A stretch of 64,000 bases of DNA from Octopus vulgaris (Eukaryota): the NCBI GenBank assembly GCA_951406725.2, contig OX597822.1:76880001-76944000 (forward strand). The letters are read 5' to 3'. The notes below the pieces were generated by a model. That model did not search any database. It saw nothing but the letters and a program-made list of their open reading frames with translations, and was not told the DNA's origin. Numbering within the stretch: position 1 is the first letter of the stretch; each line of letters begins with the position of its first letter. Positions 25,307 through 40,414 of this stretch are shown piece by piece. The position numbers and the translations under genes are program-made.

Positions 25307-25987
25307 TTGAATACCAGGTATTTTTTTTATAAGTTGCAAAACTTTCTTTGAGTTATTTTATCATGCCACCATATCAAAAAGGATGCAGGATAGCCATTGT
25401 CCTTTTGTGTCCCTTGGAATTTCTTTGATTGATGGCTTTCATTATGATGACAATCATCATCATCTTTATTTACTGCCCATATTCCAAACTTGCATGGATT
25501 AAAGAATTTGACAGGATCTAGCAAGCGGCGGGCTTGTCTTGAACTTCAGTGTCAGCTTTGGCACAGTTTCTATGGCTGGATGCTCTTTCTAATAGCAACC
25601 ACTTTATAGAATGAACTCAATGTTTTTCTTTTCTTGTTACCGGATTCTAACGAGGTTGCTAAATAATTTGCAAGACAGAGAAACAAAAAGAAAAAAGACT
25701 AAGTGGCTCCATCCCCAATTAAGTATATATTTGTGTATATATATATATATTCATATAAAGTGTTTGAGGCAGAGTTTGTGCTTCCAGAAGAACCTGGAAT
25801 ATTTTTTCTCCATGTCAGTTTCATTATTCACTCAATAAATTTGTCTTCTTTTTTGACATGTTATATTCAGAATGGATTTATTCAGAATAATCATTAATTC
25901 TTAAGATTGTTGGTTGATGTTTGAAGAAGATATTCGGCTGCAGCATGGTTGAATAAGTATCAAGAGATTCCTTCCTTCACTACATAG

Positions 25988-26038
<51 letters not shown>

Positions 26039-26075
26039 GTTTTGCAAAATAGTGGTTTTGTCTCTAATAATATTT

Positions 26076-26108
<33 letters not shown>

Positions 26109-26315
26109 GTGTGGAGAGAGAAAAAGCAAGAGAGAGAAAAGAGAATGAGAGAAATATTTGTATTTCTATTTGTGTCCATGCATGTACGTACACACACATA
26201 CTTGCATGCAGTTCCTACCTCTGTCTTTCAGTACATGTGTGTATATATGCATATATATATATGTAGATATATATGTGTACGTGTGTGTATATATGCATAT
26301 ATATATGTATATGTA

Positions 26316-26349
<34 letters not shown>

Positions 26350-27809
26350 CATATGTATGTATAGGCACATATTCAATGAGAATATTCATAAACACCTGTC
26401 TGTACCATTATTTTTGCATTATTCCTCTCCCTTACTACAACCGATCATTAAATATAAAGTCTCTCTTAAGGTTTCTTCAATATGTCAATGAAACAATAAA
26501 ATGGATTTCTACATCATAAGATTTAATTAATTTACTTTCATTATTCTGTTATAAATATTTCTTTTTTCATTATAAGCTCCAACTGAAAGTAAATTTTCTT
26601 GTTCATTTTCCTCTTTTTTTTCTTTTGTCAACTTAACAGAATTGCTGGTATTCATAGAATGTTTATGAGATTTGTGTATATCCTCAAGAATTTGTTGTAT
26701 TTCAAAGTCTTCTTATCTGATCTAATCTTGGTGTTTTCATTTTCAAACATTCTGTAGCATTTCCATTGATGTATTATAGATCAGTTCATTTAAATTCTCC
26801 CATGAGCCTTCAGTATTATCAGCAGCAACCGAGATATTGCATGATTTTGCATTTAGCAACTTGCCAAGTTCTTCTAATTTTTCTTCCCCTTCTTCTTCTC
26901 ATTGAATTTCACAGAACAAATAACCACTTCTATTCACTATTTTCTGGTTCTCAGAGAAAATTTTGAGCATTACTTTGACAGATATTTTTCCCCTCAAAAG
27001 ACCATAGTCACACCAGAAATCCACTTAACTCTCATAAGATTAAGGAATGATATGGAATGGAGGATTCTCTATCTACACTAACTTCTCACTTATCCCACTC
27101 TTTACCAATACCTTCCTACAATAAAGTTCAGCTTTGCTGAAGATATTTCTCTTCACGGTGCATTGAAGATTCTTCAGTTGGTATCTGTAACTAGATTCAT
27201 AATTACAGCTTGAGGATGGCTGGAATTCCTATGAAAGTAAAGTTTCTTTGTTAGATGTTCTTTAAGGTTAGTCTCACTCGGAATTGTATCCTTGATGGAT
27301 TGTGCTACTTGGCTACCTGCGAATGTGGAATTCTGAGAAATGTGCATCGGTATCAGCCTGTTAATCAACTATTTTTATCTTACACAGCTTATTCTTTTTT
27401 CATTTATTCATACACCTTCTTATCATCATTATCATCATGTATCTGTTTTCCATACTGGTAAGGGTTAGATGGTTTTGACAGGAAGTGGTGAGCCAAAGGA
27501 CTGTGCTATGCTCTACCATCTGCTTTGGCACAGTTTCTGTGGTTGGATGTTCTTCCTAATGCCAACCACTTTACAGAATAGATATATGTATGCATACGCA
27601 CACACATATATATACACACACGCACACACATGCACACACATATATATATTAGGCTTACAAAGAATAAGTCCAGTGGTCGATTTGTTCAACTAAGGGCAGT
27701 GCTCCAGCATGGCCACAGTTCAATACATATATATATATATATATATATTTTTTTTTTGTACTTGTTTCAGTCATTCGACTGCGGCCATGCTGGAGCACCG
27801 CCTTTAGAG

Positions 27810-27973
27810 TGGTGAAAGAGTACAGCAGGGATCACCACCATCCCCTGCCGGAGCCTCGTGGAGCTTTTAGGTGTTTTTCGCTCAATAAACACACACAACG
27901 CCCGGTCTGGGAATCGAAACCGCGATCCTCCGACCGCAAGTCCGCTGCCCTAACCACTGGGCCATTGCGCCTC
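27810..27973 (-). mobile_element. tRNA-derived SINE family D (CpG-rich, young-looking copy)
   Basis: Minus strand GGAGGCGCAATGGCCCAGTGGTTAGGGCAGCGGAC...GGTTTCGATTCCC with clear A and B boxes, followed by a non-tRNA body. Other copies ~17330-17481- and ~30160-30455-. Confidence 0.75.
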
Positions 27974-30699
27974 CAATATATATATATATATATTTTACTT
28001 GTTTCAGTCATTTGACTGCAGCCATACTGAATGAAGCATTGCATTTAGTTGAACAAATCAACCCCAGGACTTATTATTTGTAAGCCTAGTACTTATTCTA
28101 TCATTCTCTTTTGTTGAACAGCTAAGTTACAGGGACGTGAACAGACGCACAAACGTACACACACACACACATACATACATACATATATACATACGACAGG
28201 CTTCTTTCAGTTTCCATCTACCAAATCCAGTCAGAAGGCTTTGGTCAGTTCAAGGTTGTAGTAGAAGACACTTGCCCAAGGTGCCATGCAGTGAGACTGA
28301 ACCCGAAACCATGTGGTTGGGAAGCAAGCTACTTACCACACAGCCACTCCTGCACCTATATATACATATATATATGTGTGTTGTGTGTGTGTACATATGA
28401 ATATATTCTCTTCTGTTTTTAATCATTTAAATTCTTCTGAGGAAGAAGCTGGTTCCAGCAAAGATACAAAGCTCCTTTGTCAGAATGTAGATAACAAAAA
28501 CAGTGTCACATTTTAAACTTGAGAAAAGCCTTGCATATCTATATTGTTCCACTTACAGATTGTATTTGTAAAATCTGAGTCAGTTGACTGATTTCATATC
28601 CTGAAAATCCAAGCTTATCCAGATTGTCACTTAGGCATTTAGTCACAAAGTCAAGTACCCTAATTGTTATTGGTGTATGTCTTTGTGTGTTATGTATGTA
28701 TATACAGTGTTATCAGTTTAAAGACAAGAGCACTGATAATTAAAAGTTAATTACCTGTTTGTTTAATCACTTAAGATACAAACTGTATATGAATAGGAGA
28801 GAATTTTGTACTCTGTTGAGTTATTTAGATTTAATTAATTTTATGTAGCATAATACAATTACTGTCTGCATTAATAAACTGATTAGAGAAAAGTATTCTA
28901 ATTAGTATAGTGCAATTACTCACAGTGATAATGAACTCATCATTTTATGAGAAAAAGTTATTTTAATTTTGATAGTCTGTGTTGTACTGTATCTAAATAT
29001 TTAAGTAAAATAAACTCTTTTTACTTGATTCAGTCATTTGAATGTGGCCATGCTGAGCAATGCCTTTAGTTGAATGAATCAACACCAGGACTTATTCTTT
29101 GTAAGCCTAGTACTTATTCTATTGGTTACTTTTGTCAAACTGCTAAGTTATGGAGATATAAACACACCAACATCAGTTGTCAAATGATGGTGGTGGAGGG
29201 GACCAAACATAGAACACAGACACACAAATATAAACATATATATATGTATGTATGTGTGTATGTAAATACACACACATGACAGGCTTCTTTCAGTTTCTGT
29301 CTGCAAAATCTACTCACAAGGCTTTAGTAAGCCCGGGGCTATAGTAGAAGTTACTTGACCAAGGTGCCACGCAGTGGGACTGAACTTGGAACCATGTGGT
29401 TGGGAAGCAAGCTTCTTACCACACACCCACTCCTGCGCCTAATTAATAACAATTTTTTTAAAGCATCTTAAGATGGTTAATTGACAAATCTAATTATAGA
29501 TTTCAAATATTGCCCCTAGGCCAACAATTTTGGGGGGAAGGGGTTAAGTCGATTACATCAATCCCAGAGTTCAACTGGTACTTATTTCATTGACACCCCT
29601 CCCCTACCCGAAAGGATGATTGGCAAAGTCTACCTCAGCAGAATTTGAACTTAGAATGTAAAGATGGATGAAATGCCACAAAACATTTTGTCTGGTGGGC
29701 TTACAATTCTACCAGCTCGCCACCTTCACAAAGTTAATTATTGTTATCAAATTCTGGCACAAGGCCAGCCATTTTGGAGATGGGGGAGGGTAAGTTGATT
29801 ACATTGACCCCTGTGTTTAGAGGTCAATGCCCATCATGCTAACAATTCTACTTGCTCATTAGCTTGATAAAGCTAATTATTAAAAACTGAGCATGACAGA
29901 TTCTTTAAGTTGGGCCAAATTACAGGAGACTTAGGATGAGATGGTTGGATAATGTTCATAGTCTCAGATAGTCTCACTTGGGAATCTAGCAGGAGAGTGT
30001 AATGAAAATTGCTTCTGATAGGCCCCTATAGGGGAGGTACTTGAGGACACTACCCCCACAGCCCTTCCAGTAATACACTGCAGTGAAAATGGGTGAATGA
30101 GCAACTGAGCATTATCTATCTTGAGAAATGGACATTTTGAGCCATTTTGTTGTTGTTTGTTCCTTTTTGAGCCATGCCTGGCTCATAAGGGCCAGTTTCC
30201 CAGTTTCATTAGCATATAGGTTCCCCAACTGGATGGGATGCCAGTCCATCACAGGTGAGCTGCTAGATGCAGGAGGAAAGAGTGAAAGAAAGTTATGGTG
30301 AAAGAGTCAGCAGAAGTTCACCATAACCTTCAGCTGGAGCCGTGTGGAGCTTAGTGTTTTGCTCATAAACACACACATCCTCTGGTCTGAGATTTGAACC
30401 CATGATCCCTCAACTGCAAGTCCACTGCTCTAACCATTAGGCTATGTGCCACCACATTTTGAGCCATAGTTGATGAAATTGCATGCTCAGTAACTAACTG
30501 AGACACACCATTGTGTTGAGAACTTTAATAAAATTCATGACAATTTTGACCATCTTTGAAGAGATTTGCCACAAACAGCTACAGAATCAATACAATAAGT
30601 CATTCACCACTCATCCATGAAAAACAAGACAATGATGACCACTGGCATTTTGATTGATCTTTGACAGAATTGATCACTATCATCAAAAAGTGACGAGCA

Positions 30700-31130
30700 T
30701 TGAGAGGTCATGGGACATGTTTCAGGTATGAAATTGTACATTTCTCTGGGAAAAAAATGCAAAAAGAAACAAGAAATGTGGAATAAAATACATTCATGTA
30801 AAGTCATATTTGAATGTGAAAAGACCTTTCACTGCAGAGATAGTCCTGAGAGAAAATTTTCCTCCTGGACATATGTGAAAACACAATGTGCTTGCATTCG
30901 CTTTGCTCAGGATGTTGTCAAAAGTCTAATGTTTGAATGAATCAAACTTATTTTTTGTTCAGCTCTGACATCCAACATCTTTTACAGTGGTGTGCAAGAG
31001 GGGAATTTTAAACTGAATGAATGAATTTAACAGTTAAGCAAGGTGATAGCAATCTCAGGGTTTAGTATTGCATGTCCAGAACACAAGTAGGGCTCTATTC
31101 ACTAGCTTAGGGAATCATGAGCAGAATTGT
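30700..31130 (+). mobile_element. Heavily decayed Tc1-like transposase remnant
   Basis: TVKQGDSNLRV*YCMS near 31030-31078 resembles the Tc1 motif TVKHGGGSVMVWGC; the region has many stops. Confidence 0.35.
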
Positions 31131-32428
31131 CTAAAGGTCTCAGAGAATCATCATCATCACCAGCACCACCATTGTCATTTAACATCCACTTTCCATGCTG
31201 GCATGAGTTGGACAGTTTGTGAGAAACTGGTGGTCCACAAGGCCACGTAGTGGCTTCGATGTCAGAATGCTTTCATATTTCAAGAGCCACTTAGACAAAT
31301 CATAGATTTTTCAAAATTACAATAACCAGAAATGTACAGTAGAAATAGTCAAAGAATTCATCAAAGTCTTTAAAAAAAAAAAAAAGAACAGAGTGCTTCA
31401 GGGACAACACAATTGTTGGATTAAAAAATTTGATAGATTTTTAGCTATGTTCAGTTGAAGAAATCCAGGAAATTGAGTGAATTGTATAATTATTGTATAG
31501 TCAAAAAATGTGGGAGAAATTTCCAATAATATCATAATCAAATTTATAGATTCAATACATCATATGTGTATAATTGTGTTTCGAAGAATTTCAAATACCT
31601 GAATGATTATTAGTGGCATCTGGTTTTTGTTCTTCTAGATCTTTTATGCCTCCATTGCTTTTGTAGTAAAAATTACATGCTTTAAATGTTCTTCAATTAA
31701 GTCATGTTCATTTTTGTAACATTAACGATATTGTCAATAATTAGGCTAATTTCAAATTTTTGTTTAATCTTACATCATTTAAAAGAGTAAAAAAGAAAAA
31801 TTTTCTTTCTATTCAAATACAGTCTGAATCGTAAGCAGCGAGATAAGTGGAAATAATTCATGTTTAATCAGCAGTAAATGCATGTCTTTAGAATTGATAA
31901 CACCAAAGATATTCTTGTGTGTAAATTCATATATCATCACTATCGTCATCATTTGACGTACTTTTTTCTATGCCGACATGAGTTAGATGCTTTAATAGAA
32001 TCCAACTAGCCAAACAGGTGCATTGGTTTCTAATATCTGCTTTACCAAGGTTTCTGAGGTTGGATGACCTTCCTGATGTTAACAACTTCCCAGAATGTGC
32101 TTGGTGTTCATGTGTGTGTGTCCATGTGCATATGCAGGTGTGTACATACATTAAGTCTGTTTTCCATGCTGGCATGGGTTGGACGGTTTGACGGGGACTG
32201 GCAAACCAGGAGGCTGCACCAGGCTCCAATCTGATCTGGCTAGGTTTCTACAGCTGGATGCCCTTCCTAACGCCAACCACTCACTCCGAGAGTGTAGTGG
32301 GTGCTCCTTACATGCCACCAGTGCAGGAGCCAGTCAGGCGGCACTGGCATTGGCCACGACTACAATTTCCATTTCTGATTTCGATTTGATTTAGATTCTG
32401 GTTGTGATTTTGATTTTTGACAATCAAA

Positions 32429-32475
<47 letters not shown>

Positions 32476-32678
32476 AAGTGTTAGTGCCATGCAGTGTTTA
32501 GAGATAAGCAAAATTTAGGTTAATTAAAATGCAGTTACCATGAAGAAACTATCTCTCTTATGATTAAAAAAAAAGGTGTGAAATTACCTGGTTTGTACAG
32601 TATTGTCATCTATCAGAAATCTATGTATGTATCTATGTATCTATGTATGAATGAATGTATGTATTATGTATGAATGAA

Positions 32679-32995
32679 GGCACATGGCTTAGTGGTTAGG
32701 GCATTTGGCTCAAGCTCGTAGGGTCACAAGTTCAATTCCTTTGTGGTGCCTTGTGTCCTTGAGCAAGACACTTTATTTCACATTGCACCAGTTCACTCAG
32801 CTGGCAAAAATAATTTGCACCTGTATTTCTAGGGACCAGCCTTGTCACTGTATGTCACGCTGAATCGCTCTGAAAACTATATTAAAGCTACTTGTGTCTG
32901 TGGAGTGCTCAGCCACTTGCATGTTAATCTCACGAGAAAGCTGTTCTGTTGATCATATCAACTGGAACCTTTGTTGTCGTAAGCAACAGAGTGCC
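32679..32995 (+). mobile_element. tRNA-derived SINE family E
   Basis: GGCACATGGCTTAGTGGTTAG...AGTTCAATTCC...GTGTCCTTGAGCAAGACACTTTATTTCAC. Related copies ~10940-11220-, 44350-44680-, 44700-44930+, 49140-49400-. Confidence 0.7.
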
Positions 32996-33194
32996 AGGAT
33001 GTATGTATGTATATGCTGTAGACTGAGCTCCCTTTTAACAGGCTACTGGTATGAGGAAACTTATTTGTCATGTTAAAGCCTCTAAATTTGATGGTTGAAG
33101 TGATGCTGTTGCTTTGGTGTAGTGGTTCGCACAGTTATGTGATTTGTAGCAAACGTGCATTTTCATCTGTATAGTCAATGCTACATATACAAAT

Positions 33195-33283
<89 letters not shown>

Positions 33284-33601
33284 GATAAGCATATAGATAT
33301 ATGTTGATGAGGATGTCTGGGTGGTTGCAGTGGGGTTGTCATAGGAACACAGCCACTTGGCTTTACATTTGATATCTTCAACATCACTCCAGGTGGCCTG
33401 GATAGTGGATGACATTTTTAGTTATGCCACTGCAAAGACAAAGCAAAATAAGTTGGTAAAATTGTTTGGATTTATACGTGTGTGTGTGTGTATGTATGCT
33501 TGCATGTGTGTGTGTATGTGGATATATGTGTGAGTGCATGTGTGAGTGTGTGTGAATGTGTGTTTCTATGTGTGTGTGAGATGTGTGTGTGAATGTGTTT
33601 C

Positions 33602-33635
<34 letters not shown>

Positions 33636-34331
33636 TATGTGTGAGGTGTGTGTATGAATGTGTGTGTGTGAGTGTGTGTGTGAGAATGAGTGTGGTGTGA
33701 GAAGGAGTGTGGTGTGAGTGTGTTTTTGTGTGTGTGTGTGTAGCATATGATGGTGGTCCTTCAAGTCAAACTGAAGTATGTATTAAATAAGCCAACAATG
33801 TGTGATATTTATAATGTTTTGGGTGAGGGATTTGACTTTCTGCTATAAAAGCTTTTCATTTCTGTAATAAGTTTCCAAACAGAATGAGCGTCACTTCATC
33901 ACGTCTTTCTCTGTCAACAAACACACACACACACAACACACAAACACACACATACACAAACACACATACACTCAACACACACACACAAACACATATGCAC
34001 AACACACACAGACACATACAAACACATATATAGACATACACACACACACATGTATACAAATACACACACACACATATACATATGCACACACACACATACA
34101 AGCACATGCAAATACTTGACAGCAAATATTCTTTTCTACTCTAAGCACAAGGCGCAAAATTTTGGGGGAAGTGGCCAGTCGATTAGATCGACCCCGGTAT
34201 GCTTCTGGTACTTAATTTATCGATCCTAAAAGGATGAAGAGCAAAGTCCATCTCAGTAGAATGTAAAGACAGACGAAACATCTTGACATCAAATATTATC
34301 CCATAGAACAACCTAATAACTTGCATTGTTG

Positions 34332-34570
34332 TTATTATTATTCATTAGTCTTATTTCTATCGCTTGTTTTCACTGCACTACCAAGCACAGCTCTGTATAC
34401 ATTGGGTATGTGCTGTGGTTTGTTGTGGGGCTCTTATTTTTACTGTATTGAAAGTGTTTTACGTAGAATGTTTGCAGTGCCCAGTAGTGCTATTTTCTGT
34501 ATGTTATATATATTCGTATGCCCTGGTGTTTTTGCTATTTATTTTTCTGTATTTTTATCATACCTAATGC
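34332..34570 (-). mobile_element. R4/Dong-like (RLE-type) non-LTR retrotransposon 3' fragment ending in (TAA)n
   Basis: The minus strand encodes IAKTPGHTNIYNIQKIALLGTANILRKTLSIQ*, followed by a short 3'UTR ending AATAATAATAAC. Confidence 0.65.
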
Positions 34571-35515
34571 ACCTACCTCTCTCTAGCCCCCATTTTTCAC
34601 ATAGTTTCCAATGTAGCACTTTTGCTATCATCATCATCATCATCATCATCATCATTATTATTGAGCAGTGCATGCCATCAACGTGATACTGGGATAAAAT
34701 ATATGAAGTCCTGTATACCCATCAATACTACCCATCTGATAAGTATACACCAGGCACATGCATCACAACCATATGTGCACGACATGGTGATTTCATATCA
34801 AGATAAATAGCACATGACCTTGCAGGTGGGGCCCAGTTAGAATTTTCTTCAGGTCGAAGAGCCAATCCCACTCAAAAGGTACTTGAATAAGTGTTGTTTA
34901 AGGATGTTGAACGAAACACCCATCTTTCCAAAGGTAAATTATCCAAACCCCAAAGAATACCTCTCAACACATGGCTATGATGTTCCCCCACTACTTCTGT
35001 TCATGATCAGAGATGCACATATCGTCAGTCACAAAAGGACATGTTCAACTGGTTAAAGTCAAGCAAATCTGTGGTATTGAGCAGAATATTTGCTGTAACT
35101 CATCATTTATACCAAGACAAAACATGTCCATGATAATGCTCAACCTGACAGAGTCACTGCTAACCAGGAAAAATTGCTTAGCAGCATTTCTTCCAGTTTT
35201 ACATTCTGAGTTCAAATTCCACTAAGGTTCACCTTGCCTTTCATCCTTTCAGGGTCAATAAGATAAGAGCCATTTGGGCACTGGTTGTCAGTGTAATCAA
35301 CTTACCCTTCCCCACCGGAATTATTGACCTTGTGCCAAAATTTGAAATCGTTATTATCGTTATTATTTCTCTCAAAGAGATTCGTGAAAGGGGACAGGAG
35401 AAAGACAGAGATACATACTTGTGGCTGCCAAACTTAATGCCATTCTTTGGCATTGTCTTTACCTAATTATGATTGACAATTGAATATGAATATATGAATA
35501 TACAACAACATTTAT

Positions 35516-35595
<80 letters not shown>

Positions 35596-37036
35596 TATAA
35601 CAAACAAAAACAATAAAATTGATAATAATTACTGAACTGTATAAATAATAATAGACACTAACTTTGGCAAAATATCAGAGATTTCAGGGAGTAAGAACTG
35701 TTGGTTATTTTAGAAAAGCTAGGAAGATGAATGACTTTGTTGGCCTGTATGGGTGACTGAGTAGGAATTGAACTCTGACTATAAAAAGGACTCGAATTAA
35801 TGCAGAAAGGCATTTACTAATTCTGCCATTCTTCTGACATCTGTGATCTTTCTCTGTTATTTTTTTATTTGTTTTAGACATTAGATTGTGGCCATACTGG
35901 AGTGATTCCTTCAAGAGTTTAAGTCAAGCCAATTGATCCCAGTACTTACTTTTTAAGTCTGGTATTTGTTCTATCAGTTTCTTTTGGTGAACTGCTATGT
36001 TATGGGGGTGTAAACAAACCAACACTGGTTTTTACTTGATGGGCTGAACATACAAAGAAGTCACACATATATAGATATGTATGTGTGTGTGTGTGTGTAT
36101 ATATATATATGCACAGCATGCTGTGTGGTAAGAAGCTTACTTCCCAACCACATGGGTCCAAGTTCAGTCCCACTGTGTGGCACCTTTGGCAAGTGCTTTC
36201 TACTATAGCCTTGGCCCAACCAAAACCTTGTGAGTGGATTTGGTAGACAGAAACTGAAAGAAGCTCATCATGAATATGTATGTATGTATGTATATATTTG
36301 TGTGTCTATGTTTGTCTCCCCACCATCACTAGACAACCAATGTTATTGTGTTTACGTCCCTGTTACTTAGCAGTTCAGCAAAAGACACTGATAGAATAAG
36401 TACTGGGTTTACAAAGAATGAAGAAGAAAAAGAAAGAAAAGAAGAAAATAAGAAGAACACGTTTTAACAAAGAATATATTTGTTTAAGATTTAAAAGGAA
36501 GGGAAGGAGTTTTGGTATTTGGATGGTAGGCGTTAATCAGAAAAAAAGAAAGAAAAGAAAGAATGAGGTGAAACAGAATTGAGAGAAAGGCGGTAGGAAA
36601 GAAAGAAAGGTAAGAATGGTTAGGAATCAGGTTGGGAAGGAGTTAGGAAAAGTAAGGAGGTAGGGTGGTGTATGCATGTATATGAGGGTATCTGTAATGC
36701 ATTGGTCAATCTGGAGTTGTAAGAGAATATTCTTGCCAAAGATAATGTGCAGTGAACCTGAAGGAAGGTTCCTGAAGAACCTAAAGACTGAAGCTGAAGG
36801 AAGCATCTTCACCACACAGCTATGTCTGCATGTTGTCTTTATATAGAACATATGCACAGTTGTAGATGTGGGGTAAGTAGCTTGCTTACCAACCACATGG
36901 TCTGGGTTCAGTCTCAGAGCGTGGCACCTTGCGCAAGTGTCTTCTACTATAGACTCAGGCCAACCAAAGCCATGTGAATGGATTTGATAGATGGAAACTG
37001 AAAGAAGCTCATTGTATATGTTTATGTGTGTGTGTG

Positions 37037-37085
<49 letters not shown>

Positions 37086-37262
37086 ATATAGATGTATTAA
37101 GGTGCAGTATGGTTGTGTGGTAGGACAGTTGTTTTCCAACCACACATTTCTAGGTTCAGTCCTACTGCATGGTACCTTGGGCAAGTATCTACTAATATAG
37201 CCTCAGGCTGACCAAAGCCTTGTGAGTGGATTTGGTAGATGGAAACTGAAAGAAGCGTCTCA

Positions 37263-37295
<33 letters not shown>

Positions 37296-37831
37296 ATTTG
37301 TGTGTCTGTGTTTGTCCCTGCCACCATTGCTTGACAGCTGATGTTGGTGTGTTTACATCCCCATATCTTAGCAGTTCAGCAAAAGAGACCGATAGAATAC
37401 ATATTAGGCTAACAAAGAATAAGTCTTGGGATTGGTTTGTTCAACTAAAGGCAGTGCTCAGCATGGCCACAGTCAAATGACTGAAACAAGCAAAAGAATA
37501 AAAGAATATATAAATGTGTGTGTCTTTGTGTGTCCCCTACCACTGCTTGACAACCAGTGCTGGTATCTTCACATTCCAGTAACTTAGTGGTTTGGCAAAA
37601 GTGACCAATGAAATAAGTACCAGGTTTTAAAAAAGTAAGTCCTGAGGTTGATCCATTCAACTAAAATTCTTCAAGGTGGTGAAGAATGGCCATAGCCTAA
37701 TGACTATAACTAGTAAAAAAAATGAAATAACATTTTCGCTGTGGTTTTGAAAAACACAGAGCAACCAGATTAACAAGAATTTAGAATAAAACAGAGAAGT
37801 GCGATTTGGTTGGACAATATCATTCTTCTAA

Positions 37832-38045
37832 CAAGGCAGTGAGCTGGAAAAAACATATCGAAAAAACATTATCGAAATGCTCAGCGGTATTTCGTCTGCT
37901 ATTACGTTCTGAGTTCAAATTCCGCTGAGGTCCACTTTGCCTTTCATTCTTTTGGGGTCAGTAAATTAAGTACCAGTTGCATACTGAGGTCGATCTAATT
38001 GACTGACCCCCTCCCCCAAAATTTCAGGCCTTGTGCCTTCAATAG
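37832..38045 (+). mobile_element. tRNA-derived SINE family B
   Basis: AAGGCAGTGAGCTGG...TTCTGAGTTCAAATTCC...GCCTTTCAT(C/T)CTTT...AAGTACCAG...GGCCTTGTGCC. Other copies: ~29500-29730-, 34145-34280-, 35150-35345+, 38925-39120+, 39725-39940+, 48690-48880+, 50265-50480+, 56580-57005+, 57800-57975-. Confidence 0.8.
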
Positions 38046-40414
38046 AAAAGAATAATTTTCTTCTAACACCACAAACTTCTGTATCAGCCACTACATATCT
38101 CTTTATTCAGCAAGTTCTTTTTCCTTTGAATAATTTACTCATTTATCCACCTCTTTCAGACATTCCTTCCCTGCAACAACCAATCACATTTGAGACCATC
38201 TTTATGCTCTACCAAGTCTTTCTGTTAAGCATCATTTTGAAGTTTAACTGATTCTATAGTTACAGTTCTTTACAGTTCCTCAAGTAGCACTTTTTTATTT
38301 TACCATTTTCTTTTTTTTACCATATGCTTATTTTCACTAAAACAAGTCATATCAATAATCCATACTTGATTTTGGTAGATATTCTCTAAAATTTAATCTA
38401 ACCCTTTAGCAAGTTTATTGTGGGATTTAAAAATCTTGACATAGTTTCTCATTATATTGTGGTCCCTCTGGTTTTAGAATTTTTTCCAATTAATTTTTCT
38501 TTTCTTATGCCTCAGCTCCTGCTTGAACCAACAATGTTTTGTCATTAATTTTAGCATAATCAATATCCGCAACTATTTTACAACCAGGCAACACATTAAT
38601 TGTTTCTCTTTTTTTGTCCTCCTTTTTTTTCTTTTTATCTTTTTCCCTCCTTGTTTTGCCAATTCAAATTTAGAGTTGGAGGTGTCAGACAAAATGCCAT
38701 GTGTTTTTTTTTTTTTTTTTTTCTTTAGTTATGTCTTTATGTTTCTGAGTTCAAATCCTGCCCAGGTCAACAATGACTTGCATCCTTCTGGAGTCGATAA
38801 AATGGAAGGCAGTAAAATACGGAGATTAAATTAATCAGTTATGATCCTCCCCAACCCCATAATTTGTGAGATGTTAATTAAAAAAAAAAATGCACTATAC
38901 AAAACTATCATTATTAGCAAATTGTAAGGCAGCAAGTTGGCAGAATTGTTAGCAAGCCAGGGGAAAATGCTTAACAGTATTTCATCTATCTTTGCATTCT
39001 GAGTTCAAATCTAGACAAGGCTGACTGTTTTTCATTCTTTCGACAACTGAATCCTGAGATTGATGTAATTGACTGACCCCTCCCCCAAAATTGCTGGCCT
39101 TGTACCAAAATTTAAAATTATTATCAGCAAGTTAAGTTGGATAAACGGCTTAGTGGCATTCCTTCCACTGCTTTAGATTCTGAGCTCAAATTCCACTGAG
39201 GGTGACTTTGCCATTCATCCTTTCTGGGTTGATAAAATAAGTACCAGTTGAATTGCTGGTCTTGTGCAAAACTTTCAAACTGTCATTATATTTAATTATT
39301 CCTATTTTGTGACAAATAAAATAATTATTAGTAATTTACTGACTGGCCCCATGCAGTCAAAAACCAATGGCTAATTGTAATATTTTATATATAAATAAGA
39401 TACAAAACCAAGTTTTTAGTTTAATAATTCTTTTATGTGAAAAATCTATCCTCAATTACATCCTTGATTGCTTGTTTCCTTTAAAAGAATTTTAAAGTTT
39501 TCCTTCCTTTTTATACAACTTAAGGCCACATAAAACTGGCTGTGACTAAATACAGGAGCTGGCAAGTAAATATCAAATACACAGAGTTGAAATGCTGTTT
39601 GATTTTTTTTTTACCGTAGAATTTCCATCATCCTACTATCAGTTTGCCATCACCACTTCCTTCCTTCTTCATATGGTGTGATGGAGAAAAACGCAGGAGT
39701 ATTATTATAGTAGATGTATTCGTTAAGGCAGTGAGCTGCCAGAATTGTTAACGTACTTGACAAAATGCTTAGCAGCATTTTGTCCATCATTATGTTCTGT
39801 GTTCAAATTCCACCAAAGTCGACTTTGTTTTTCATCCTCTCAGGGTCATTAAAACAAGTACTGCTTGAGTATTGGGGTCGATGCAATCGACTTATCCCCA
39901 ACTCTTCCGAAATTGCTGGACTTGTGCCAAAATTTGAAACCAGGAATTTATGCATTTTCCACAAACAAATTCAACATTACAATGCATTGCAAGAAAACGC
40001 AAATGAAACTGCAAGAAAAAACTAGAATGGCATAGGGAGATACTTATTTATATTTAAAAGCTTTTATTTAAAAGAAATTCATATAAAAAATTATTGAAAT
40101 GTTTTGATGGCATATAAGCAACACATTTTTTCCAAAAATGCATTGCTAAAAAATTACACTGGGTCCTATATGCACAGTTGGGCCTCACAAAAGCTTTAAT
40201 GCATTAAAACCATTTTTGTCCTAAATATGCATTGCTGCAACTGCGGCATAATATGCTCCTGCATCTTTTATACCAACAAATACAATAAATAAATGATGAT
40301 GATGATAATGATGATGACCGTGAAGGTGGTGGTGATGGTGACGATGATTGTTGTGGTTGTGGTGGTGGTGCCGGTGATCATAATAATGAATTTTTCTTTT
40401 CTTTTTCTTTCCAG

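Noticed and set aside
26600-27370. Possible extra exon after the acceptor-like tract at ~26610-26639
   Set aside because: No LamG- or EGF-like translation follows; the minus strand looks more like a very decayed LINE, which is also too weak to list.
27895-27973. tRNA gene
   Set aside because: It has A and B boxes but no closing acceptor stem, and it continues into a repeated SINE body found elsewhere in the window.
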